Shown piece after piece: positions 10,289-19,972 of a stretch of DNA of 64,000 nt. A program made the translations under genes and the position numbers. Each line of letters starts with the position of its first letter. Within the stretch, counting starts at the first letter, position 1. A model generated the notes under the pieces. That model was given only the letters and a program-made list of their open reading frames with translations, did no database searches and was not told where the DNA came from. Origin of the DNA: Candidatus Latescibacterota bacterium (GTDB taxonomy: Bacteria > Latescibacterota > UBA2968 > UBA8231); NCBI GenBank assembly GCA_965223905.1, contig CBDCXV010000001.1, positions 64,001-128,000 of the forward strand, read 5' to 3'.

Positions 10289-11623
10289 GTGCTCTCCTTG
10301 GAAATCGCCCGCCTCCTCGCAGGCCCGGCAACCGTAAGCCTGTCGTTCCTACTCGCAGCAGGTCAGGTCGAGCCGGTCGCCAGCCATTTCTACCTCTTCG
10401 CCTGGTACGGGCTGATCATCACCTGCGACCAGTGGGTGCGCAGGCTCGAAGGGAGGTCGCTGATCTCCCGCTGCGGACCGGGCTTCGGCCTGCTGATGCT
10501 CTGGTCCGCCGCGGCCTGGTTCTTCTTCGAGCTGATCAACCTCCGCCTCGAGAACTGGTATTACGTACTCGTCACCGACCGCGACTGGATTCGGGCGGCA
10601 GGAGTCTTCCTCGCCTTCGCCACGGTCTTTCCCGGAATCTTCTTCATCGCCCACCTGCTCTCCTGCCTGGGATTTTCACGGTCGATACGAGGACCGTCGC
10701 TGCCCGTGACGCCCCGGCGGCTGGCGCTGCTCCAGGTCGCCGGGGCAGCCTGCCTCCTGCTCGCACTCTGGTTCCCCAGCTACTGCTTTCCCCTGGCCTG
10801 GATCTTCGCGGTCGCCGCAATCGCTCCGATCAACTACCGGCGCGGCATCGACGGCCTGCTCAGGCAGCTCGAAGCCGGGGAGTACGCCCCGACCCTGCGG
10901 ATGTTGCTGGCGGGCCTGATCGCCGGGGGATTCTGGGAGCTGTTCAACTTCTGGTCGCGAGCCAGGTGGATCTACACGGTGCCGTTCTTCGAGGAGCTCA
11001 AGCTCTTCGAAATGCCGCTGGCCGGATTTCTCGGGTTTCCCCCTTTTGCGGTGGAGTGCGCCTGCCTCTACCGCCTTCTCGTGTGGCACCGGCTGGCACC
11101 GGCTTTCGGGGAGTTTTCAGGGCGGCAGCGGCACCGGAACCGGCCTCTGCTCCTACCGTTGGCAGCCGCAGCAGCGCTGCTGTTCTCCGCGGCCGTCTAC
11201 AGGGAGGTGGAGGAGCGCACCATAACCTCGCTGACGCCTCGCGTCGAAAGGGTGGAAGTCCTTGACCCGGAGGCGCGGGCAGCCTTGCGGGAAACCGGGG
11301 TTCGCTACCTGACGCAGCTTCAGGGCTTCGGTTCGGACCGACACTGGCAGGCGATTGCCGGCATCCTCGGCGAAGGGGAAGTCGCCGCCCTGAAACGCAC
11401 CGCTGAACTGTACCTCCACCAGGGAATCGGGGTGCGCTGGGGGAATCTCCTTCACAGGGCGGGAATCCAGAGCCTCGAGAACCTGCGCGGCCTGGAAGCG
11501 GATGAGGTTCTCGAGCGCTTGCAGGCTACTGCAATGGAAGGTGAGAGGTTGCCGCGTGCAGCCCAGATCTGTGTCTGGCGCAGAAGGCTGCCCGGGCCGG
11601 AACCCCGCGCTTTTGGTTTTTGA
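10289..11623 (+). CDS. Multi-pass membrane protein with C-terminal DUF4332-like (HhH) domain
   Basis: Multiple TM helices, WFFFELINLRLENWYY and FWELFNFWS..KLFEMPLAGFLGFPPF motifs, C-terminal QGIG..GNLLHRAGIQSLE. Start uncertain (ORF is open from 10175). Confidence 0.7.
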   Translation: MLSLEIARLLAGPATVSLSFLLAAGQVEPVASHFYLFAWYGLIITCDQWVRRLEGRSLISRCGPGFGLLMLWSAAAWFFFELINLRLENWYYVLVTDRDWIRAAGVFLAFATVFPGIFFIAHLLSCLGFSRSIRGPSLPVTPRRLALLQVAGAACLLLALWFPSYCFPLAWIFAVAAIAPINYRRGIDGLLRQLEAGEYAPTLRMLLAGLIAGGFWELFNFWSRARWIYTVPFFEELKLFEMPLAGFLGFPPFAVECACLYRLLVWHRLAPAFGEFSGRQRHRNRPLLLPLAAAAALLFSAAVYREVEERTITSLTPRVERVEVLDPEARAALRETGVRYLTQLQGFGSDRHWQAIAGILGEGEVAALKRTAELYLHQGIGVRWGNLLHRAGIQSLENLRGLEADEVLERLQATAMEGERLPRAAQICVWRRRLPGPEPRAFGF

Positions 11624-11654
11624 ATTCGGAAGCCAACCCGGAAAGAGTGGTCAC

Positions 11655-12478
11655 ATGCGAACCCCAATTTTCTCGATTCCGATTTTCTTTGTAATGACAT
11701 GGTCTCTACGGATGCGCAGTTCCAAGACCGGCTGTATCCGTTCATCGAGCTGACCGACGAGATGCGGGATCGCATCGACCTCAAGGACGGCTCCGTGGAT
11801 GACTGGTTGGAAGTCCTCGGCGAACCGACGTTGACGCCCCTGGATTTGGCACCCTACCCGAATTGGGGGGGACAGTACGATCCCTCCTCCTTCGACTTCC
11901 GCATCTGGCTGGCCTGGCACCATGGCGGTAATCACCTTTTCGTAGCAGCGGAGATGGTCGACGATTTTGTCCACGAGCGTTCCAACGACCGTTTCACAAG
12001 CGGACCAGGAATAACCAACGGCGACTTATCCCTGTGGTTTTTTGTCGACGGGGACAGGAGCGGTGGAAGCCTGTTCATCGACAACGCATCCGGGCTCACA
12101 AATCACATGGAGCAGGCACAATGTTACAGCGCGTTTCCTGGTTCATATGACGACGGCACCAACGTCTTTCTGCCTTGGGTCAGTCGTGATACCCCGGATT
12201 GGGTGCACCAGCCACCCCATGCCGACGGCGGCGGCGCCGTGATCGACAGCGAGCCACGCTTCGGCGTGTTGGAGTTTTACGCCACCCCATTCGATCGCCT
12301 GATCTGGGATGACCAGGACCAAAGTATCGTCTCCCCGTGGAGGGTACCGCTGTCGACAAAGTATCATGGGCCCGCATCAAGGCCAGCCTTTCGGAATAGC
12401 CGCACCGTATCCGGTAAATGGCCCGGAAACTGGTTGAGCTCCGCACTTGCGGGGACGGTCAGCCGCCCCTTTTCTTGA
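11655..12478 (+). pseudogene. Secreted CBM9/DOMON-like family protein, divergent paralog of 31088/34143, frameshifted in the signal peptide and 3'-truncated
   Basis: MRTPIFSIPIFFVM shifts frame at about 11697 into ...AQFQDRLYPFIELTD..IDLKDGSVDDW..GEPTLTPLD..YDPSSFDFRIWLAW..DGDRSGG..EFYATPFDRL. Similarity stops at about 12334, and the SWARIK tail is missing. Confidence 0.75.
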
Positions 12479-12645
12479 ACGTCGCTGACACAGCTGCTCA
12501 GGAGCACCGTTTCCGGAATTCCCGTCCCGCTACGTAGTCTGTCTCTTTTCTGATTGAATCGCACGCCGCCCTTCGGGGCCGTCAACGGACTGGCGCCCCC
12601 CTGGGCAGTTGAACCCCGGCCATAACCCGACAACCCCGGTAACCG

Positions 12646-13452
12646 ATGCCCGCCATCCTCTGTCCCAGATGCCACAAGCTGATAAGCAGCTCCGAAGCGC
12701 GCTGTCCCTTTTGCGGCCAGGTAAGGCCCGGGATGTGGGGTTTCACCTCGTGGTTCCGCAAGCTGGGGCTGTCCATCGATTTCCCCAACCTGATCACGAC
12801 GGTGTGCGTCATCCTCTACATCGTAGGATTGGCGATGGATCCCGGGGCGATCTTCACCACCTTCGACCTGTTCCGCTTTCTCGCGCCGAGCGGGACCGCC
12901 ACTCTGAAGCTCGGCATGACCGGGGTCGTGCCGGTGATGGTGCACGGGCACTGGTGGACGATGATCACGGCGATCTATCTGCACGGAGGCCTGCTGCACA
13001 TCCTCTTCAACATGCTGTGGGTACGGCAGCTTGGACCGATGGTCAGCGAGCTGTTCGGGCCGTTCCGGCTGTTCACCATCTTCACCGTTTCGGGCGCCTG
13101 CGGTTTCGCCCTCTCGGTGCTGATGGGAAACGCCTACACCCTCGGGGCCTCCGGGTCGATCTTCGGGTTGCTGGCCGCCGCCATCGTCTTCGGCCGCCAG
13201 CGCGGCAGCTCCATGTTCACCCGCCACTTCCTGCAGTGGGCGATAATTCTCTTCATCTTCGGCTTCCTCTTCGCCGGCGTCGACAACTGGGCCCACGCTG
13301 GCGGGTTCGCCGGCGGCTACGTCACCGCCTACGCCTTCAGCCGCGATTTCGGCGCCCGCGAGGGAATCGGCACCTACCTGCTGGCCGGCGCCCTGCTGGC
13401 CCTGACCGTCCTCGCCTTCCTGTTCCAGTTCATCGCCGTCATATCCGCGTGA
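12646..13452 (+). CDS. Rhomboid family intramembrane serine protease with N-terminal zinc ribbon
   Basis: CPRC..CPFC, HGGLLHILFNM, catalytic GASG, NWAHAGGF. Confidence 0.9.
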   Translation: MPAILCPRCHKLISSSEARCPFCGQVRPGMWGFTSWFRKLGLSIDFPNLITTVCVILYIVGLAMDPGAIFTTFDLFRFLAPSGTATLKLGMTGVVPVMVHGHWWTMITAIYLHGGLLHILFNMLWVRQLGPMVSELFGPFRLFTIFTVSGACGFALSVLMGNAYTLGASGSIFGLLAAAIVFGRQRGSSMFTRHFLQWAIILFIFGFLFAGVDNWAHAGGFAGGYVTAYAFSRDFGAREGIGTYLLAGALLALTVLAFLFQFIAVISA

Positions 13453-14105
13453 GCGCGGAACTCCTGGCCTTCTTCGACCGCGACGGCCGCAGGCTCGGTT
13501 CCAAGACCCGAGCCGAGGTGCACGGGGACGGGGACTGGCACTGGCTGGTGTTCGTCTGGTGCGCCTGGCTGCGCGGCGCCGAGCCGGTTCTGCTGCTGCA
13601 GCAACGCGGGCGCCGCGGCGATCCCTTCGTCCGCAGTCTCGATGCCCCGGCAGGGGGCCACGTCATGGCCTCCGAGTCGCACCGGCAGGCGGGAGTGCGC
13701 GAGTTCGAGGAGGAGGCCGGCATCCTCCTCGGGGAGCGGGATCTGCACTATCTCGGCAGCACCCGGCTCGAAGGGCAGGAGCGGAATTGCTCCCGTGTTA
13801 TCCAGCACTCCTACCTGGTGGTCCGCGAAATCGGACTGGAGGAGGTGTCGTTCAGCGAGGAGAGCGACGGCTTCCTCCACGCGCCGCTGAAACCGCTGCT
13901 GCAGTTGCTCGAGGGGAAAACGCAGAGTGTCGAGGCGACTGTCCGCTATGCGGGGGGGCCCGGAGAACCGGGGCGCACGGCTGTCACCTCAGAGGCCTTC
14001 GCACGCTATCCGGCCGACATCGCCGCGGTGATCGCGAAGTCGCTGCGGGCCATCGAGCTGTATCTCGCCGAGGGGGGAAAGGTCGATCCGCTGCTCTGGA
14101 GGTGA
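13449..14105 (+). CDS. NUDIX hydrolase (IPP-isomerase-like subgroup)
   Basis: GTG overlapping the rhomboid stop; RAEVHGDGDWH, LLQQR, AGGHV..ES..AGVREFEEEAG. Confidence 0.8.
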   Translation: MSAELLAFFDRDGRRLGSKTRAEVHGDGDWHWLVFVWCAWLRGAEPVLLLQQRGRRGDPFVRSLDAPAGGHVMASESHRQAGVREFEEEAGILLGERDLHYLGSTRLEGQERNCSRVIQHSYLVVREIGLEEVSFSEESDGFLHAPLKPLLQLLEGKTQSVEATVRYAGGPGEPGRTAVTSEAFARYPADIAAVIAKSLRAIELYLAEGGKVDPLLWR

Positions 14106-14200
14106 TACGGCTGCCCGGTCGGGTGTTCCTTCGCCTTCGTTACAGAGACGCGCTACCGGGTCGAATGGGCGGGGATTCGGAAGGGAAGGCACGCCGCATT

Positions 14201-14265
14201 CGGAACGCTCTTCGAGCGTTTCAGGGAACGGCTAAGCCGTTCCCAACACGAACCCGAAGGGTTCG
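14201..14265. repeat. Cluster of three consecutive REP-like hairpins
   Basis: GAACGCTC-TTC-GAGCGTTT, GGGAACGGC-TAA-GCCGTTCCC, CGAACCC-GAA-GGGTTCG. Confidence 0.6.
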
Positions 14266-14284
14266 CGCCAGCATGGTCGCGGTG

Positions 14285-14423
14285 CGCAGCCCGGATGACG
14301 CCTGAGCGAGTCGTACCGACCGTGTACTGCGAGCGAAGGCAACCCCGCGAGCCGGGGTCGAGGGAAAAAATCGCACAGATGAGGCTCCGATTGAACCGCT
14401 TGAACCGCGATTTTTCCCTCAAG
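14285..14423. repeat. Dispersed structured repeat, copy 1 (MITE/REP-like)
   Basis: GAGGGAAAAAATCGC...GCGATTTTTCCCTC inverted repeat; homologous to about 43845-43984. Confidence 0.7.
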
Positions 14424-14476
14424 GTCGGTGGGAGGAGGAATTGGTGAATTTGGTGAATATTGATGGGACAGCGCAC

Positions 14477-15130
14477 TCAGGCGAGGACCAGCACCTGCCC
14501 GTCCTCGACGCGGACCTCGTAGGACTCGACGGCGCGCCCCGGATGGGAGAGGCACTCGCCGCTGGCGACGTCGAACTGCCAGCCGTGGCGGCTGCAGGTG
14601 ACGGTGCTACCGTCCAGGCTGCCGAGCCCGAGGTAGCCGCCCTGGTGCAGGCAGGTGTTGGAGATGGCCAGGAAACGCCCGCCGGCGTTGAAGACGGCAA
14701 TGGGCTTGTCTCCCACTCCCACCTGCACGACCTTGGCGCCGTTCTCCTCGATCTCGTCCGCCCTGGCGACTGCGGTCCATTCCGCCTCCGCCGCGGGCTC
14801 CTCGGCGCTGCCCGGAAGATCGAGGGAGCGCAGCACCTGGATCGCGTCGACGACGTTCACGAGGCCGGCCGCCGGGTAGGCGCACAGGATGGCGTCGATC
14901 ACCTCGTCGCGGCTCGCCCCTTCGCGCATGGCGCGCGGGATGTACTGGCGCAGTCCGCGCGGCGAGAAGTTGACGACCTTGGTGACGATGGAGATCAGGA
15001 AGCGCGTCTTGGGATCGAGGTGCCGCCCCGACTCGCGGAAGAACGACAGCAGGTGACCCATCGCCTCGGGGCGCTCCTGCGACAGCCACTGCAGGCCGCT
15101 GATATTCTTTTTCTCTTCGCCGTCGCTCAC
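14477..15130 (-). CDS. Carboxymuconolactone decarboxylase (CMD)-like domain fused to a Rieske [2Fe-2S] ferredoxin
   Basis: LDPKTRFLISIV..AMREGASRDEVIDAI (CMD), then CLHQGG..CSRHGWQFD (Rieske). GTG start with GGAGG RBS. Confidence 0.8.
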   Translation of the reverse strand: MSDGEEKKNISGLQWLSQERPEAMGHLLSFFRESGRHLDPKTRFLISIVTKVVNFSPRGLRQYIPRAMREGASRDEVIDAILCAYPAAGLVNVVDAIQVLRSLDLPGSAEEPAAEAEWTAVARADEIEENGAKVVQVGVGDKPIAVFNAGGRFLAISNTCLHQGGYLGLGSLDGSTVTCSRHGWQFDVASGECLSHPGRAVESYEVRVEDGQVLVLA

Positions 15131-15266
15131 GGTGCCGCCTCCCGGAATGAAATTCGCCTGGAGTATACAGGTCCCCCCGGGAGAGTCAATTTGGCCGCGC
15201 CCGGAACCGCCGCCGGAACCGCAATTCGTTGAATGGGAACTGCCGAATACCGAATTTATTCTCTTC

Positions 15267-16010
15267 ATGATCACCGTTGACAAAGTCACCAGGAAATACG
15301 GGGCCCTGACCGCGGTCGACGACGTCAGCTTCACCGTCGGCCGGGACGAGATCGTCGGCTTCGTCGGTCCCAACGGGGCCGGCAAGAGCACCGTCCTCAA
15401 GATGCTGTCGACCTACATCTACCCGACCGCCGGCACCATCTCGGTCGCCGGCTTCGACGCCGCCGAACAGCCTCTCGAGGTGCGCCGCGCCATCGGCTAC
15501 CTCGCCGGCGACACGCCGCTCTACCGCGACATGCGCGTCGACGACTTCCTCCGCTTCGTCGCCAGGGCCCGCGGCCTGCGGGAGGGTGAGCTCGAGCCGC
15601 AATTCGAGCGCACCGTCGAGCTGTGCGGCATCGGCTCGGTGCTGCCGCAGCGCATCTCCCAGTGCTCCACCGGGTTCCGGCAGCGCCTCGGCCTCGCCTC
15701 GGCGATGATCCACGACCCCCCCATCCTCCTGCTCGACGAGCCGACCCACGGCTTCGATCCGCTGCAGGTGATCGCCTTCCGCGAAATGCTGCGCGAGCTG
15801 AAGTCCGGGCGCGCCATACTCTTCAGCACCCACATCGTCCCCGACGTCGAGGCGATCAGCGACCGCGTGCTGATCATCCACCAGGGCCGGCTTCTCGGCG
15901 ACGGCACCATACAGGAGCTCGCCGCCGGGTCCGGCATGGAGGGGGCCGCTCTGGAAGAGATCTTCGCGCACCGGGTGCGCGCCAGCTCAGGGGACGATGG
16001 CGGCCGCTAG
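15267..16010 (+). CDS. ABC transporter ATP-binding protein (GldA-like)
   Basis: GPNGAGKST, signature STGFRQR, LLDEPT, STH. Confidence 0.92.
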   Translation: MITVDKVTRKYGALTAVDDVSFTVGRDEIVGFVGPNGAGKSTVLKMLSTYIYPTAGTISVAGFDAAEQPLEVRRAIGYLAGDTPLYRDMRVDDFLRFVARARGLREGELEPQFERTVELCGIGSVLPQRISQCSTGFRQRLGLASAMIHDPPILLLDEPTHGFDPLQVIAFREMLRELKSGRAILFSTHIVPDVEAISDRVLIIHQGRLLGDGTIQELAAGSGMEGAALEEIFAHRVRASSGDDGGR

Positions 16011-16788
16011 CGAATCCCCGGCCGCAGCCGGTTCCTCCTCCCGCGACCCGGGATTCGTCGCAGGCACCTGGGTAGTCGTGCAGCGGGAGCTCGCCGCCTG
16101 TTTCGACTCGCCCATCGCCTACATCTACGCCACGGTCTTCCTCGTGCTTTCCGGCACCACCTTCATGAACTCCTTCTTCCTGCGCTCCGTCGCCGACATG
16201 TCCCCCTTCTTCGAAACCCTGCCGTTCCTGCTGATTCCGTTCGTCCCGGCGATGACGATGCGCACCTGGTCCGAGGAGCACGCCCAGAACACCTTCGAGC
16301 TGATCATGACCCTGCCGCTGCGGTCGATCCAGTTCGTCGCCGGCAAGTACGCCGCCGCCCTGCTGTTCTACCTCCTCGTGCTGGCCGGCACCACGCCGAT
16401 CGCGGTGATGCTGTTCTGGCTCGGAGACCCCGACTTCGGACTGATCTTCTCCAGCTACCTCGGGGCCTTCTTCCTCGGGTCGTTCTTCCTCTCGTTCGGC
16501 GTCTTCGTTTCCGGCCTGACGCAGAACCAGATCGTCTCCTTCGTGCTCGCCACGCTGCTGGGGTTCCTGTTCGTCCTCAGCGGCCACGAAAAGGTAGTTG
16601 CCGTGCTCGACGGCCTGGCCCCGGGATGGGAGCTGGGCAGCCGGATCTACCAGTCGGTCTCCGTCATGCCGCACTACGAGGCCTTCACCCGCGGCGTCGT
16701 CGGGCTCGACGGGTTGCTCTATTTCCTGCTGATGGGCGCCTTCTTCCTGTGGATGAACGAGATCACCCTCAAGCGCATCAAATACTGA
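15997..16788 (+). CDS. ABC-2 type permease (GldF-like)
   Basis: RELAACFDSPIAY, PAMTMRTWSEE, GKY, TQNQIVSF, HYEAFTRG; six TM helices. Confidence 0.88.
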   Translation: MAAASESPAAAGSSSRDPGFVAGTWVVVQRELAACFDSPIAYIYATVFLVLSGTTFMNSFFLRSVADMSPFFETLPFLLIPFVPAMTMRTWSEEHAQNTFELIMTLPLRSIQFVAGKYAAALLFYLLVLAGTTPIAVMLFWLGDPDFGLIFSSYLGAFFLGSFFLSFGVFVSGLTQNQIVSFVLATLLGFLFVLSGHEKVVAVLDGLAPGWELGSRIYQSVSVMPHYEAFTRGVVGLDGLLYFLLMGAFFLWMNEITLKRIKY

Positions 16789-16792
16789 CCCG

Positions 16793-19700
16793 GTGTCCCG
16801 CTTCGCCCTCCAGTCCCTCCTCTGCTTCCTCCTGCTCCTGGCCATTTCGGTCTTCGGCAGCCGGGTCCTCGAATCGGCCGGGCCCGCCGAGATCGACTTC
16901 GTCGGGCTCTCGCCGGCTTCCCTGACCTCGAAGACGCGCGCCCTCCTCAAGCGGCTCGACGGCAGAGTGACCCTCACCCTTTTCGTCTCGCCGCGGGAGC
17001 GCATGCCGTCGCACCTGAAAGAGGTCGAAGGGGACGTCCGCGCCCTGCTGTCGGCGTTCCGCTCGGCCGCCCCCGACCGCGTCGACACGCGGGTCGTCTA
17101 CCCGGAGCTGAGCGGGGACGCCGGGGCCGCGTACGCGGCGCGCCGCAAGGTCTCCCCCATCAGCGTGCGGCGCATCGAGAGGGACGAGCACGGCGAGGAG
17201 AAGGTCTGGTCCTCCCTGGTGCTGAGCTTCGAGAGCCACCCGGAGGTGCTCATCCAGGGGATCGAGGATACCGACCTGCCCTTCCTCGAGCAGTGGGTGC
17301 GCGCCCATCTGCAGACCCTGTTCGCCCCGCCGCAGGCGGATTTCGCCTTCTCCGCTCCGGCCAGCGGCGGGTTCGTCGAGTTTCCGCAGTTCCTCAGCCA
17401 GCACGGCCCGGTGGTGCAGGTCGACCTCGACCGCTCCCCCTACATCCCGCCCGACACCGACATGCTCTTCTGGTTCGCGCCGCAGCAGGTGACCGACCGG
17501 CACATACAGCAGCTCAAGAGGTTCGTCGCCTCGGGGCGGACCGCGGTCCTCGCCGGCAGCTCGTACGAGGCCACCTACCACGCCCGCGGCGACTCGGTGC
17601 TGTTCCGCATGGCCGATGGGCCCCGGGCCTGGAGCGACCTGCTGCGCCCCTTCGGCCTGCGGCCCATCCCCGATCTGCTGCTGGACCGCAACGCCGGCGC
17701 CCTGCCCGTGCGCCTCGCCGACGGTTCGGTCCGCGAAGTCGAGGCCCCCTTTCACCTGCGCAACCTGCCCGCGTTCCGCGACTTCCGGCGATTCCGCACC
17801 CCGGCCCGCGGCGGCCTGAGCTTCGTCGCCGCCAGCCCGCTTGCCGTAGACCCGGGCCGCGCCGCCCAGGCCGGGTACGAAGCCCAGGTGGTCGCCACCA
17901 CCACCGAGCACGCCTGGGTGCGCCCCCTCACCGGCGACCTGCTGTCGGGGGCCGACCTCGCCGCCTCCCTCACCGTACCGAAGCAGAACCTGATGGTGCT
18001 GCTGACCCCCGGCGATCCCTGGGCCGGCCGGCTCGTCGTCCTCGCTTCCGCCAGCGCCTTCCGCGACGGCATACTGCGCCAGCCGGGGTACGGCCACTCC
18101 GTCGTGATAGACGACCTGGTGCGCACCTTCGCCTCCCGCGACCGCCTGATCCGCGCCGAGGTCGACCGCGCGCAACCGGCCGAGCTGCCCCCCCTGACCG
18201 GCGCTTCCCGCCTGCTGTGGCGGCTGCTCGTGGCCGGTCTCGCCCCGGTGCTGATACTGGCGTACGGGTGGTGGCGTTTCCGGAGATCCGGCGACTTGTC
18301 CGGATTGCGCCTGCTGGCGCCGCTGCCCTGGGTGCGGGCCGGGGCCGCGGTCCTCCTCCTCGTCATCGCCCTGGCGACCGGGGTGGTTGCCCTCTTCTCC
18401 CGCATCGACGTCGACCTGACCGCAGGCGGCGTCAACACCCCTTCCGCGAGCGTCGTCGAGTCGCTGGCGCAAATACGGGACGAGCTGACCGTCGAGCTCG
18501 TTCTCTCGCCGCGGGCAAACCTGCCTGCGAGCCTGAAGACGCTGGAGCACCGGGTCGCCGAGCCGTTCGCCGAGGCCGGGGTGGAGGTGACCGTGGTGAG
18601 GCCGGAGGCATTGCCCCCGCCGGCGAGGAAGGACCTCGTGAAGGCGGGGATCGCCCCGTTCGAGGTGGAGCAGGTGCGCCGCGACACCGTGGTCTCCAAG
18701 AGCGTCTGGAGCGGGCTGCTGCTGCGCCGGGGCGACCGCGTCGCCGCGATCCCGCGGCTGGACGACCGCACCTCGATGCATCTCGACTTCCTGATCGCCG
18801 CGGCCCTCCGCCGCCTGGAGAGCGGCGAGCCCCCGCTGGTGTCGGTCGTCTCCGACCTGCCGCGGCTGTCTCCTGCCGAGGCCCTGGAGGACTACCAGAA
18901 GAAGGGGTTGAGCGCCCCGAGGGGGACCGACGTGTACAGCCACCTCAAGCGCATGCTCGCCGCCTACGGGTACCGCGTTCATCACGTAAACCCGCGCTAC
19001 CCGCAGCTGGCCCCGGACTCCGACGCCGTCCTGTGGCTGCAGCCGCGCCGCGATTCGGGCGAGGTCATCCTGCAGCTGAGCCGCCATCTCGCCGGCGGCG
19101 GCACCGCCATCGTCGCCATGCAGCACTTCAACATCCAGCCGCGCCAGTACCGGGGAACCGGCTTCGAGACCGTGTACTGGCCCCAGCCCCAGTTCCAGGA
19201 CCTCGACCGCTACCTGCGGCTGATCGGCGTCGAGCAGGTGCGCCAGGTGCTCATGGACCGCACGCGCCACCACCTGCGGCTCGACACCCAGGTCAACCGC
19301 ACCGCGGTGCGCGAGTACGACGCCCAGGAGGTCGCCCTGCCGTTCCTGATCCGCACCGTCGGCGAGCGCTACGACCCCGCCTCGCCGATAACGCGGGACC
19401 TCGGCGACCTGCTGTTCATCTGGGGAAACAGCTTCGACCTCGGCGGGCTTCCGGAGTCGTTCGCGAGCCAGGTGCTGATCGGCACCTCGCCGCAGTCCTG
19501 GAGCTATCCGTGGAAGGGGGGTTGGCTGCCTCCGGAGTCGCTGTCCCAGCCGCAGGAGGTGTCGGGGCCGCAGCCGCTGGCCGTCGACCTGCGCGGCGAG
19601 TTCCCCGAGGCGCACTTCGTGGAAGACGAGGAGGGACGCAGCAACCTCGAGCCGCTGCCGGCTCCCGGACGCCGCGGCCGCCTGGTGCTGGTCGGCTGTT

Positions 19701-19972
19701 CGGAGATGTTCAAGAACGAACACCTGCAGATGCCCGGCTTCGACCACGACCAGCTGCTCCTCAACCTTCTCGCCGACGCCGTCTACGGTCCCGGCATGAC
19801 CCGGCTGCAGGCGCGCACCCGCCAGGCGCGCGGCTTCGCCTACCACGACCCCGCCGGCAGGGCGGTCTGGCGCCTCCTCGTCATCGTCGCAGCTCCGCTC
19901 GCCCTAGGCGCCGTCGCCCTGGTCCGCTATCGCCGGCGCTCCCATCCCGGCGCTGCCGGGGGGCCGTCGTGA
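16793..19972 (+). CDS. GldG-like ABC transporter auxiliary protein with two tandem GldG-type modules
   Basis: Two modules (SLTSKTRALLKRLDGRVTLTLFVS...GRLVVLASASAF and DLTAGGVNTPS...GRLVLVGCSEMF), each followed by TM helices. Confidence 0.8.
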   Translation: MSRFALQSLLCFLLLLAISVFGSRVLESAGPAEIDFVGLSPASLTSKTRALLKRLDGRVTLTLFVSPRERMPSHLKEVEGDVRALLSAFRSAAPDRVDTRVVYPELSGDAGAAYAARRKVSPISVRRIERDEHGEEKVWSSLVLSFESHPEVLIQGIEDTDLPFLEQWVRAHLQTLFAPPQADFAFSAPASGGFVEFPQFLSQHGPVVQVDLDRSPYIPPDTDMLFWFAPQQVTDRHIQQLKRFVASGRTAVLAGSSYEATYHARGDSVLFRMADGPRAWSDLLRPFGLRPIPDLLLDRNAGALPVRLADGSVREVEAPFHLRNLPAFRDFRRFRTPARGGLSFVAASPLAVDPGRAAQAGYEAQVVATTTEHAWVRPLTGDLLSGADLAASLTVPKQNLMVLLTPGDPWAGRLVVLASASAFRDGILRQPGYGHSVVIDDLVRTFASRDRLIRAEVDRAQPAELPPLTGASRLLWRLLVAGLAPVLILAYGWWRFRRSGDLSGLRLLAPLPWVRAGAAVLLLVIALATGVVALFSRIDVDLTAGGVNTPSASVVESLAQIRDELTVELVLSPRANLPASLKTLEHRVAEPFAEAGVEVTVVRPEALPPPARKDLVKAGIAPFEVEQVRRDTVVSKSVWSGLLLRRGDRVAAIPRLDDRTSMHLDFLIAAALRRLESGEPPLVSVVSDLPRLSPAEALEDYQKKGLSAPRGTDVYSHLKRMLAAYGYRVHHVNPRYPQLAPDSDAVLWLQPRRDSGEVILQLSRHLAGGGTAIVAMQHFNIQPRQYRGTGFETVYWPQPQFQDLDRYLRLIGVEQVRQVLMDRTRHHLRLDTQVNRTAVREYDAQEVALPFLIRTVGERYDPASPITRDLGDLLFIWGNSFDLGGLPESFASQVLIGTSPQSWSYPWKGGWLPPESLSQPQEVSGPQPLAVDLRGEFPEAHFVEDEEGRSNLEPLPAPGRRGRLVLVGCSEMFKNEHLQMPGFDHDQLLLNLLADAVYGPGMTRLQARTRQARGFAYHDPAGRAVWRLLVIVAAPLALGAVALVRYRRRSHPGAAGGPS

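Noticed and set aside
12590-12622. TGGCGCCCCCTGGGCAGTTGAACCCC resembles a reverse-strand tRNA 3' end or att site
   Set aside because: The T-stem does not pair properly (G opposite G at the closing pair) and no D or anticodon arms are visible.
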